From: Candidatus Omnitrophota bacterium
GTDB taxonomy: Bacteria; Omnitrophota; Omnitrophia; Omnitrophales; Aquincolibacteriaceae
NCBI GenBank assembly: GCA_043821445.1
Contig: JBDRCT010000040.1
Location: 26,745 to 90,744 of the forward strand
Direction: 5' to 3'
DNA: 64,000 nt
Shown: piece by piece, positions 48,520-56,728 of the stretch
Numbering within the stretch: the stretch's first letter is position 1
How the letters are laid out: each line of letters starts with the position of its first letter
Translations under genes and position numbers: made by a program
Notes under the pieces: model-generated
Seen by the model: only the letters and a program-made list of their open reading frames with translations
The model's database searches: none
Told to the model about the DNA's origin: nothing

Positions 48520-49588
48520 AGACAGACTCAATAGCAGGATGGTGAATGGCGGAATGAGGATTAAATCACCGGCCCGTCAATATGCGCATCTCCGGAAGGC
48601 CATTGCCGGCGAGCTTCTGTCCGGGGCCGAGCGGGTCCGGCGGTCTTACCGGGAAGAGGTCGTACGCACCGCCTGGAACATCGGGCGGATCCTGCGGGGG
48701 ACCCTGGGACTCGAGGACCGGCCCAGCGCCGAAAATGCCGCGCTCGTCAGACGCCTCTCTAAGGACTTCGGTAAGTCTGACTCTTTCTTCTACGATGCTG
48801 CCAAATTCCACCGGTTGTATCCCTCGAAAGCACCAGTCGCGCTCAGTTTGTCGCATTATTCTCTTTTGATCCGCCTGGAAGATCCGGGGGAGCGTCTCGC
48901 CCTTGAAAAAAAGGCCATCGCCGAAGACATTAATGCCAAAGATCTCCGGATGTACACGCGCCTCGATCCATGGCAAGCCCCTGCTGACGGAAAGAGGGTT
49001 GTCCTCACCGCCCCGCGCGGGCGTCTTTATCATTATCGCGCGTCGAACGCACCCAAGGATGGGCGGGTCTTGATCGACATCGGGTTTGGGATCGAACGAG
49101 ACGTACGCTTTAATAGCAAAAAAAGTTTCCACTCAGGGCTTATTGTGCGGGCAGTCAGGACCGTTCCTGGCTTGAAGAGTAGCCCCATGGAGAATTATTC
49201 TGCAAAGATAGCGCCTTTCGACAAAAACCGGCTCTATACCTATGCCGCCTCGCTTGTGCGAGTGATCGACGGGGATACGCTGATCGCGCGCGTCGATCTA
49301 GGTTTCCGGACATGGATCACCCAGACGTTCCGCCTCCGGGGGATCGATGCGCCCGAGATGACCTGCGCTTTAGGACAGAAAGCAAAGGCCGAGGTAAAGG
49401 CCCGTTTGGCTCCCTGCGCCTGTCTTGTGATCAAGACTTACAAACAGGAAAAATACGGCCGTTTTCTAGCGGATGTGTTCTACCTGAAAGGAGTTGAGGA
49501 CCGAGACCGGATCCTGCGTGAGGGCGCTTTTTTGAACCAGGAGCTTTTGGATGAGAGGTTGGCGGTGCCGTACGAAGAGGAAGGCTAG
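48500..49588 (+). CDS. DUF1016_N (YhcG N-terminal)-like domain fused to a staphylococcal-nuclease (SNase/thermonuclease) domain
   Basis: N-terminal WNIGR ... LSLSHYSLLIRLEDPGERLALEKKAIAEDINAKDLR matches the recalled DUF1016_N pattern. C-terminal VIDGDTL ... RLRGIDAPE ... EKYGRFLADV SNase motifs. Visibly GC-rich. Confidence 0.55.
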   Translation: MNRCCRRDRLNSRMVNGGMRIKSPARQYAHLRKAIAGELLSGAERVRRSYREEVVRTAWNIGRILRGTLGLEDRPSAENAALVRRLSKDFGKSDSFFYDAAKFHRLYPSKAPVALSLSHYSLLIRLEDPGERLALEKKAIAEDINAKDLRMYTRLDPWQAPADGKRVVLTAPRGRLYHYRASNAPKDGRVLIDIGFGIERDVRFNSKKSFHSGLIVRAVRTVPGLKSSPMENYSAKIAPFDKNRLYTYAASLVRVIDGDTLIARVDLGFRTWITQTFRLRGIDAPEMTCALGQKAKAEVKARLAPCACLVIKTYKQEKYGRFLADVFYLKGVEDRDRILREGAFLNQELLDERLAVPYEEEG

Positions 49589-49848
49589 AAGCACGAGATC
49601 CTTCTCCGCCTTTGGCGGATCAGGATGACGGGAAGAGCAAAACGGACTGCGGGTTGATGGAGGAGGGCGGTGCCGTACTTGTTCCTTTGAACACGGTGCC
49701 GTCACTTTATTTGGAATGACGTGTACGGCGACCGTACGAAGAGAAGGGCTTGGGCCGCACCTTGGGCGGAACGACAGGCTGGAGACCCAATGAACACGAC
49801 CATGAAAAAACAACTTGCAAAGTTGCTTTTTCATGGTAGCATTTAGGT

Positions 49849-51012
49849 ATGATAAAGCGACAGGCGATCCTGAAACAGATACGCGCGGCTTTTCGCTATG
49901 GCCGTGTCGTGGCGATCCTGGGGCCCAGGCAGTGCGGTAAGACGACCCTGGCGCGGCAATTCGTTCCGCCTCATTCCGAAAACTATTTCGATCTCGAGGA
50001 TCCCGTAAGTCTCGCGCGTTTGTCGGAACCTATGACCGCCTTATCCGGCCTTCGCGGAACTGTGGTTCTCGATGAGGTCCAACTGGAGCCAAAGCTCTTC
50101 TCCGTCCTTCGCGTTTTAGCAGACCGGAAACCTCTTCCCGCACGGTTTTTGATCCTTGGCAGCGCGTCTCCGAGTCTCGTCAAGCATTCGGCCGAATCCT
50201 TGGCCGGGCGATTGGCCCGCGTTGAAATGGGAGGATTCTGTGTCAGGGAAGTGGGCTACAAGAACGACCTCAAGCTTTGGCTTCGCGGGGGATTCCCGCT
50301 CTCGTTCCTCGCCAAGACCGACGCGGACAGTTTTGCGTGGCGGAAAGATCTGATCATGAGTTTTATCGAAAAAGATCTTCCGGCTCATGGAATGTCACTG
50401 CCTCCCGTTACGCTTCTACGTTTTTGGACGATGCTCGCTCATTATCACGGCCAGATCTGGAACGCGGCGGAACCGGCGCGATCTCTCGGGATCAGCGAAA
50501 TGACCGTGAAGCGCTACCTGGATATACTGTCCGGACTTTTCCTGGTGCGTCAGTTGCAGCCCTGGCATGCTAATATCCAAAAAAGGCAAGTTAAAACCCC
50601 TAAAATATATATCCGGGATACCGGGATCCTGCATCAGTTGTTGGGGATTCGTACTAAGGAAGAGCTTCTCTCTCACCCAAAATGCGGCGCTTCCTGGGAA
50701 GGATTTGTGGTCGGTGAGGTGATCCGGTCCCTTCAACCCGATGAAGCTTTTTTTTGGGCGACCCATAACGGCGCCGAGCTCGAACTCATCATTAAAAAAG
50801 ACGGGAAGCTCTACGGGATCGAATGTAAACGCCGGGACGCGCCCGCCATGAGCGCATCGATGAAAATAGCACTGAAAGATCTAAGGCTGGAACGTATGGC
50901 TGTGATCTATCCCGGGACCCGGCGCTATCCTTTGTCCGGACAGGTCGAGGTCGTACCGTTTTCTTTTGTTCGAGGCGGGATGCGCGCTGTCTTTCCGCCG
51001 CACAAATCCTAG
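49849..51012 (+). CDS. COG1373-type AAA+ ATPase (AAA_14 + DUF4143), second copy
   Basis: Walker A ILGPRQCGKTT. C-terminal ELELII ... GIECKRR PD-(D/E)xK-like. TTGCAA ... TAGCAT promoter-like sequence immediately upstream. Confidence 0.75.
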   Translation: MIKRQAILKQIRAAFRYGRVVAILGPRQCGKTTLARQFVPPHSENYFDLEDPVSLARLSEPMTALSGLRGTVVLDEVQLEPKLFSVLRVLADRKPLPARFLILGSASPSLVKHSAESLAGRLARVEMGGFCVREVGYKNDLKLWLRGGFPLSFLAKTDADSFAWRKDLIMSFIEKDLPAHGMSLPPVTLLRFWTMLAHYHGQIWNAAEPARSLGISEMTVKRYLDILSGLFLVRQLQPWHANIQKRQVKTPKIYIRDTGILHQLLGIRTKEELLSHPKCGASWEGFVVGEVIRSLQPDEAFFWATHNGAELELIIKKDGKLYGIECKRRDAPAMSASMKIALKDLRLERMAVIYPGTRRYPLSGQVEVVPFSFVRGGMRAVFPPHKS

Positions 51013-51021
51013 GCAAAATCG

Positions 51022-51198
51022 ATGAACGACAGGATGAAGAAAAAACACTCGCATACCACGATAGCACGAAAAGCTGCGGCTCTGGCGGCTCTTAAGGCGA
51101 TCCAGGCTGCGTCCGTCCGGAAGGGACTGGACAAGATGACGATGGATGAGATCGATGCTGAGATCCAAGAGGTCCGCAGGGAGCGTCGCTGTCTGTAG
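51022..51198 (+). CDS. small ORF (58 aa), basic N-terminus and charged helical C-terminus; possible DNA-binding/antitoxin-like protein
   Basis: ATG 51022 to TAG 51198, too short for the ORF track. MNDRMKKKHSHTTIARKAAALAALKAIQAASVRKGLDKMTMDEIDAEIQEVRRERRCL. Confidence 0.3.
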   Translation: MNDRMKKKHSHTTIARKAAALAALKAIQAASVRKGLDKMTMDEIDAEIQEVRRERRCL

Positions 51199-51279
51199 TA
51201 TCGTTTTGATTTTTGGTGGAAAAACTATATACTCCTTCGAAATCCAATACCGAACGTTTAAAACAGTTAGGGAAATTTC

Positions 51280-53097
51280 TTGAACATTCTCGGGATCTCG
51301 GCTTTTTATCATGATAGCGCGGCGTGTCTCATCCGGGACGGAGAGATCGTGGCCGCGGCACAGGAAGAGCGTTTTACGCGCAAAAAGCATGATTTCTCGT
51401 TCCCGAAGCATGCCATCGACTGTTGCCTTAAAAAAGGCGGTATCGAAGCCTCCGGCCTCGATTGTGTCGCATTTTATGATAAGCCCTTCATCAAATTCGA
51501 GCGCATCCTCGAGACCTATCTCGCTTACGCCCCGCATGGCATCGCGTCCTTTCTTATGGCCATGCCTCTTTGGATCAAACAGAAGCTCTGGATGAAGGAT
51601 TACATCCAGACCGAGCTTGGTTTCGAAGGGAAGATCATTTTTCCGGAACACCGTGAGTCGCATGCCGCCTCGGCGTTCTTTCCGTCGCCTTTTGAGGAAG
51701 CCGCGTTCCTTACCATGGACGGCGTGGGGGAATGGGCGACCACCAGTTACGGCGTGGGGAAAGGCAATAAGATCGAGATCCTCGCAGAGATCAAATTCCC
51801 GCATTCGCTCGGCCTCCTTTACTCCGCTTTCACTTATTATACGGGCTTTAAGGTCAATTCCGGGGAATACAAGGTCATGGGCCTCGCCCCCTACGGCAAG
51901 CCGGTGTACAAAGACCTGATCCTGAAAGAATTGATCGATCTGAAAGAGGACGGTTCGTTCAAGCTCAACATGAAATATTTCGATTATTGCGCCGGACTCC
52001 GCATGACGAACAGCCGCTTTCATAAGCTCTTTGGCGCGCCTCCGCGAAAGCCCGAATCCCGCGTCGCACAGCGCGAAATGGACCTCGCGCGTTCCATCCA
52101 GGAAGTGACTGAGGAAGTCATGCTCCGGATCACGCGCCAGGTCCACAAAGTGACGGGGCAGAAGAACCTTTGTCTTGCCGGAGGCGTGGCCCTGAACTGC
52201 GTCGGGAACGGCCGCATTCTTCGCGAAGGCCCGTTCGAGCATATCTGGATCCAGCCGGCTTCAGGTGACGCCGGCGGAGCCGTGGGGGCGGCTTATTTCG
52301 GCTGGTATCAGTATCTTGGAAAAACGAGGGCCGCGAACGGGAAAACGGACAGCATGCAAGGTTCTTATTTGGGGCCGGAGTTCTCAGACACCGAGATCGT
52401 GGAATTCTTGTCGAGGCACGGGATCCCGTTCACCCGTCTCCCGGATAAAGAACTCCCGGAGAAGATCGCGGACCTGGTCGCGCAGGAGAAAGTGATCGGA
52501 TGGTTCGAGGGCGCGATGGAGTTCGGACCCCGGGCACTCGGCGGCCGCTCCATTCTCGGGGACCCGCGTTCGCCCAAGATGCAGGAACAAATGAATCTCA
52601 AGATCAAATTCCGCGAAAGTTTCCGCCCGTTCGCCCCTTCGATCACGGCCGAGAAGGTCTCGGACTATTTCGAAATGAAATCGGAGAGTCCTTATATGCT
52701 CCTGGTCGCGCCGGTCCAAAAAAAATGGCGCCGGGAGATGACAGAAGATGAGAAAAAACTTGAAGGGATCGAACTCCTGAACGTGAAGCGGTCTACGATC
52801 CCGGCCGTCACGCATGTCGACTATTCTGCGCGCGTTCAAACGATCACCGAGACGCAGCACCCAAGGTTCTACCAGCTTCTTAAGAAATTCGACGAAAGGC
52901 ACGGCTGCCCGGTCCTGATCAACACTTCGTTCAATGTGCGGGGAGAACCGATCGTCTGCACGCCCGAAGACGCCTTCCGGTGTTTCATGCGCACGCACAT
53001 GGATTATTTGATCCTTGGGAACTATCTGCTCGACAAGAAAGAGCAGAAGCCTCTTGAAAAGGACAGTGCCTGGATGAAGGAGTTTGAACTGGACTAA
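51280..53097 (+). CDS. carbamoyltransferase, NodU/CmcH family
   Basis: TTG start. NILGISAFYHDSAACLIRDGEIVAAAQEERFTRKKHD is the canonical NodU N-terminus. 605 aa. Confidence 0.88.
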   Translation: MNILGISAFYHDSAACLIRDGEIVAAAQEERFTRKKHDFSFPKHAIDCCLKKGGIEASGLDCVAFYDKPFIKFERILETYLAYAPHGIASFLMAMPLWIKQKLWMKDYIQTELGFEGKIIFPEHRESHAASAFFPSPFEEAAFLTMDGVGEWATTSYGVGKGNKIEILAEIKFPHSLGLLYSAFTYYTGFKVNSGEYKVMGLAPYGKPVYKDLILKELIDLKEDGSFKLNMKYFDYCAGLRMTNSRFHKLFGAPPRKPESRVAQREMDLARSIQEVTEEVMLRITRQVHKVTGQKNLCLAGGVALNCVGNGRILREGPFEHIWIQPASGDAGGAVGAAYFGWYQYLGKTRAANGKTDSMQGSYLGPEFSDTEIVEFLSRHGIPFTRLPDKELPEKIADLVAQEKVIGWFEGAMEFGPRALGGRSILGDPRSPKMQEQMNLKIKFRESFRPFAPSITAEKVSDYFEMKSESPYMLLVAPVQKKWRREMTEDEKKLEGIELLNVKRSTIPAVTHVDYSARVQTITETQHPRFYQLLKKFDERHGCPVLINTSFNVRGEPIVCTPEDAFRCFMRTHMDYLILGNYLLDKKEQKPLEKDSAWMKEFELD

Positions 53098-53101
53098 CCG
53101 A

Positions 53102-53183
53102 GTGTCAGCGTATCAAAGTATCAATGTGTCAAAGATCCAAATCTGAAATCCTGACACTCTGACACCTTGACACTATGACACTT
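53102..53183. repeat. dyad-symmetric pair of tandem 8-mer arrays: (GTRTCANN)x4, an 18-nt spacer, then (TGACACNN)x4
   Basis: gtgtcagc gtatcaaa gtatcaat gtgtcaaa | gatccaaatctgaaatcc | tgacactc tgacacct tgacacta tgacactt. Confidence 0.85.
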
Positions 53184-53198
53184 TCAATAAGGATTTAA

Positions 53199-53618
53199 AT
53201 GAGTATCGTTAAAGAAATAAAAAAGATTGAGTCGAGCAGGAAAAAGCTCCGCGAATTCGGTTTCGTGGTCGGGGGAGTCCTGTGCGTGCTGGGGATCCTT
53301 TTTTACTGGCGGGGGCGGGGGAGTTTCCCGTATTTTCTTGTGCCCGGGATCTTCCTTGTTATTGCGGGAGCCATCATCCCTTCGATCCTGAAGCCTGTCC
53401 AAAAGGCATGGATGACGCTCGCGGTCCTGATGGGTTGGGTCATGACGCGCGTGTTACTTTCCCTCCTTTTCTATCTCGCGATCACACCGATCGGGCTCAT
53501 CTTGCGCCTTATGGGAAAAGACCTCCTGGACGAGAGGCTTGATCCCAAAAAGCAAAGTCACTGGAAGATCCGGCCGCAAGACACGCGCGTTCCGAGCGAC
53601 TACGAAAAGCAGTTTTGA
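53199..53618 (+). CDS. SxtJ-like small membrane protein
   Basis: 139 aa with 3 TM helices. Position immediately after the carbamoyltransferase matches the conserved NodU-SxtJ-DUF5989 neighbourhood. Confidence 0.55.
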   Translation: MSIVKEIKKIESSRKKLREFGFVVGGVLCVLGILFYWRGRGSFPYFLVPGIFLVIAGAIIPSILKPVQKAWMTLAVLMGWVMTRVLLSLLFYLAITPIGLILRLMGKDLLDERLDPKKQSHWKIRPQDTRVPSDYEKQF

Positions 53619-53726
53619 GTTTTTCATTCCAGCCTCAGGCGGCATCTGCTAGTATATCCGCCAATTGCGGTGTCTTTAATAACGGAAGCGCGTCAGAGAG
53701 CGCCTTCTATCACTCACGGGGGAACT

Positions 53727-53885
53727 ATGGGCAAATTAGGGATTTTGAAGGAGTTCTTGGATTTTCTGAAAGTTCGCAAAAAATGGTGGCTCACCCCGAT
53801 CGTCGTGGTCATGGTCCTTTTGGGTGCCTTGATCGTGTTTTCACAAGGGTCCACAGTGGCGCCTTTCATCTACACCCTTTTTTAA
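53727..53885 (+). CDS. DUF5989-family small membrane protein (SxtK-like)
   Basis: MGKLGILKEFLDFLKVRKKWWLTPIVVVMVLLGALIVFSQGSTVAPFIYTLF. Internal ATG 53727 with a GGGGGAA SD. The track start at 53670 is probably too far upstream. Confidence 0.6.
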   Translation: MGKLGILKEFLDFLKVRKKWWLTPIVVVMVLLGALIVFSQGSTVAPFIYTLF

Positions 53886-53891
53886 CAGCGC

Positions 53892-55055
53892 ATGCCGTTC
53901 TATCCTTTCAAAAGCCGGTGGAAACGGATAGCGGCCGGATGTTTCGACGCGGTCGGCCGGATCTGTTTCATCCCTTGGAAGTCGCTCCGGAAGCCCTTGG
54001 ACCTTGCGGCGGTGCGGCGCATCCTTGTGGTCCGCCTGGACCATATCGGCGATGTCGTCATGTCCCGGCCGATGATCCGGGCCCTGCATAAGAAATTCCC
54101 GCACGCGGAGATCGATCTTCTTGTGACCGAAGATATCGCGCCGCTTTTCGCATTTTCCAAAGAGATCCGGACCGTGATCACGGCCCAACACGGATGGTTC
54201 ATGCGCAGGGCTTCTTTTCTCCTAAAGTGGTCCGAGTTCTGGCGTCTTGTCAGGATCTTAAAAACTACGCCGTATGACATGGGGTTCGATCCGCGCGGGG
54301 ATCTCCGGAATATCCTTTTAATGTTTTTGGCCGGTGTCCGGTACACGGTCGGTTATGGGATCACAAGCGGCGGATTTTTGCTGAACGAAGAGATCCCGCA
54401 TGACGCCTCCCGGCATCAGGTGGAGCTCAACATGTGCCTTTTAAATTCATTCCACATCGCACAGGATAACAAGCTTCTGCCATTCGAATATTCCTCCGAG
54501 AGGGCGCGTGAATTCTGGAAGAAAACCGGAGTGCTGCCGCTCACGACCCTCTTGCCGCGCGTCGCGATCCATATGGGGTCCGGATATCCGTCCAAACGCT
54601 GGCCGCCCGAGAACTTCAAGGCGCTTATCCAGCAGATCGACAAGGAAGCGCTCGCCCAGATCGTGCTGGTCGGGACGAAGGCCGAGAAGGACGCGGCCCC
54701 GGACCTCAAACTGAACTCGGAGCGTCTTATCGATCTGCGGGGCAAAACGGCCCTGCAGGATCTTCCGGTCCTCATGGATGTGTGCGATGTTTTTATCGGG
54801 AACGATTCAGGGCCGGCGCATATCGCCGCAGCCCAGGGACTGGAGATCATTTTGCTGGTAAGCGGCACGAACGACATCCATCTCTGGCATCCTTGGACCG
54901 AACGGTTGTGCTTTCTCCAACACGAAGTTCCGTGTTCACCGTGCGGATTTGAGAACTGTCCGGTCGAAGGCCATCCCTGCGTGGATGAGATCACGGTCGA
55001 TCAAGCTTTTGACGCGTTCCTTTCGGTCCTCGGCCGCCTTCAGAAGCGATCTTAG
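53892..55055 (+). CDS. GT9 glycosyltransferase (ADP-heptose:LPS heptosyltransferase family)
   Basis: ILVVRLDHIGDVVMSRP is the GT9 N-terminal motif. GNDSGPAHIAAA C-terminal motif. Confidence 0.8.
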   Translation: MPFYPFKSRWKRIAAGCFDAVGRICFIPWKSLRKPLDLAAVRRILVVRLDHIGDVVMSRPMIRALHKKFPHAEIDLLVTEDIAPLFAFSKEIRTVITAQHGWFMRRASFLLKWSEFWRLVRILKTTPYDMGFDPRGDLRNILLMFLAGVRYTVGYGITSGGFLLNEEIPHDASRHQVELNMCLLNSFHIAQDNKLLPFEYSSERAREFWKKTGVLPLTTLLPRVAIHMGSGYPSKRWPPENFKALIQQIDKEALAQIVLVGTKAEKDAAPDLKLNSERLIDLRGKTALQDLPVLMDVCDVFIGNDSGPAHIAAAQGLEIILLVSGTNDIHLWHPWTERLCFLQHEVPCSPCGFENCPVEGHPCVDEITVDQAFDAFLSVLGRLQKRS

Positions 55056-55058
55056 GCC

Positions 55059-56159
55059 ATGGTCCTCCATCGTGTCGGGCTCGATATCAGGATGCTCCAG
55101 AACTCGGGAATCGGGACTTATCTGCGCGGGCTTCTCTCGGGATTGAGGGCGCTCGGCTTGGACAGGGATCTGGCGCTTTTTGGCCTCGGGCCGACAGAGA
55201 CTCGACGGGATCGCGTTTTTTCAGCGCCGATCTATTCCATTCGTGAGCAACTCCAGTATCCGGATCTTTTAAGGCAGTGCCGCCTCTGGCACGCGCCGCA
55301 TTACAATGTCCCGCTCCTGAAGGGGAAGACAAAACTCGTGGTCACGATCCACGACATCATTCACTGGATCTTCCGCAAACAATTTTTATCGCCCCTCCAG
55401 GCCGCTTATGCCGGTTTCATGCTGGGAAAAGCGGTCATGTCCGCCGATCAGATCATCGCGGTGTCGCATCACACCCAAAAGGACCTCATCGATCATTTTC
55501 GCGCGCCGGAGAAAAAGATCACCGTCATCCATCAAGGGGTCGATGAGACCTGCCGAGAGCTTCCGCCCGAGGAACTTGTGCCGGCTTTCGAAAAGATCCG
55601 CTGGAAGTACAAGGTCCCTCAGGATTTTTTTCTCTACGTCGGGCTCATCAAACCGCACAAGAACGTGCTTATGCTCTTGCATCTTTTCCGCAGGCTCAAG
55701 GAAGAGGGGAAGGTCCGGGCATCGCTTGTCCTGATCGGTCGTAAGGACAAGTCCTATCCGCCCGGGTATGAGGCATTGGCCTCTCTGAGTTCGACGAAGG
55801 ACATCTTCTACTTGCCGGCGATCGAGCCCCAGGAGCTCAAGGTCTTTTATAATCAAGCGCTCGCCCTGGTCCATCCTTCGCTCTACGAGGGGTTCGGGCT
55901 GACGCTTCTGGAAGCGATGGGTTCCGGAACGCCGGTGCTGACCACGAACTCCTCCTCGATCCCCGAAGTGGTCGGGGATGCGGCCCTGCGGGTCAACGCC
56001 ATGGATGAGATTGCGATGGGGAATGCCCTCATCCGTTTGGATCAAGACGTGCCCCTCCGGGGATCGTTACGCCTCAAAGGCCTGGAACGGGTCAAGCTTT
56101 TCAACTGGAAGGAGACCGCCCGCAGAACGGCCGAGGTGTATGAAAAGGCGCTCCGATAG
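55059..56159 (+). CDS. GT4 (group-1) glycosyltransferase
   Basis: EGFGLTLLEAMGSGTPVL E-x7-E motif. Confidence 0.8.
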   Translation: MVLHRVGLDIRMLQNSGIGTYLRGLLSGLRALGLDRDLALFGLGPTETRRDRVFSAPIYSIREQLQYPDLLRQCRLWHAPHYNVPLLKGKTKLVVTIHDIIHWIFRKQFLSPLQAAYAGFMLGKAVMSADQIIAVSHHTQKDLIDHFRAPEKKITVIHQGVDETCRELPPEELVPAFEKIRWKYKVPQDFFLYVGLIKPHKNVLMLLHLFRRLKEEGKVRASLVLIGRKDKSYPPGYEALASLSSTKDIFYLPAIEPQELKVFYNQALALVHPSLYEGFGLTLLEAMGSGTPVLTTNSSSIPEVVGDAALRVNAMDEIAMGNALIRLDQDVPLRGSLRLKGLERVKLFNWKETARRTAEVYEKALR

Positions 56160-56167
56160 CCCAAAGG

Positions 56168-56204
56168 TGTTACAAGAGGTTTCTAGAGGTTACAGAATGT
56201 TACA
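56168..56204. repeat. three GTTACA motifs (with GAGGTT repeats) upstream of the four-helix-bundle gene
   Basis: ggtGTTACAagaggtttctagagGTTACAgaatGTTACAcgaggtt. Confidence 0.8.
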
Positions 56205-56237
56205 CGAGGTTGCTTGATATTCGAAAGGGTGTGTTAT

Positions 56238-56651
56238 ATGTCGGCGGCATATGAAAAATTGAAATTTTATCAGGATATTTGCGACATCAGACGACTTGTA
56301 CAAAAAATCACTGCCAGATTTCCCGCCTCCCAGTTTCGTCTCACGAGCCAAATACGGGATGCGGCACGATCCGCAAAACAGAACATTCGGGAGGGATATA
56401 AAAAGGGCACCGCGAATGAATTCATGAGAAGTATCATGATCTCGCGCGGATCGTTGGAAGAACTTGGCGGGGATATCGAGGATTGTTGGGAAGATGGCTT
56501 GATCACTGAAGATGAATGCGAGCACCTGAAGCGGCTGATCCGCAGTGTGGATTTTCTTTCAGTGCGATATTTGCGGGCTTTGACCGTTATGAAGAAGGCC
56601 GGAACATGGAAGGCCCCGAGTTTTTATCGCGGAGGGGAGAAAACCCTTTGA
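56238..56651 (+). CDS. four-helix-bundle protein (23S rRNA intervening-sequence protein family, PF05635-like)
   Basis: YEKLKFYQDICDIRRLVQKITARFPASQFRLTSQIRDAARSAKQNIREGY matches the family pattern. Flanked by GTTACA/GTAAC repeat arrays. Confidence 0.7.
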   Translation: MSAAYEKLKFYQDICDIRRLVQKITARFPASQFRLTSQIRDAARSAKQNIREGYKKGTANEFMRSIMISRGSLEELGGDIEDCWEDGLITEDECEHLKRLIRSVDFLSVRYLRALTVMKKAGTWKAPSFYRGGEKTL

Positions 56652-56663
56652 AGGTGTCATTTC

Positions 56664-56726
56664 GTAACATCCTGCAACTTTTTTGCGTAACTTTTCTTTG
56701 TGTAACCTATGGTAACCTTCTGTAAC
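56664..56726. promoter_or_regulatory. five GTAAC motifs (reverse complement of GTTAC), the last three at an exact 10-bp period, ending 2 nt before the ATG of the GT4 gene
   Basis: cGTAACatcctgcaacttttttgcGTAACttttctttgtGTAACctatgGTAACcttctGTAACtcATG. Confidence 0.6.
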
Positions 56727-56728
56727 TC

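Noticed and set aside
50881-52242. 453-aa ORF on the minus strand
   Set aside because: It is antisense to the well-supported carbamoyltransferase (51280..53097) and ATPase genes. It has no recognisable motifs and is typical of spurious long ORFs opposite GC-rich genes.
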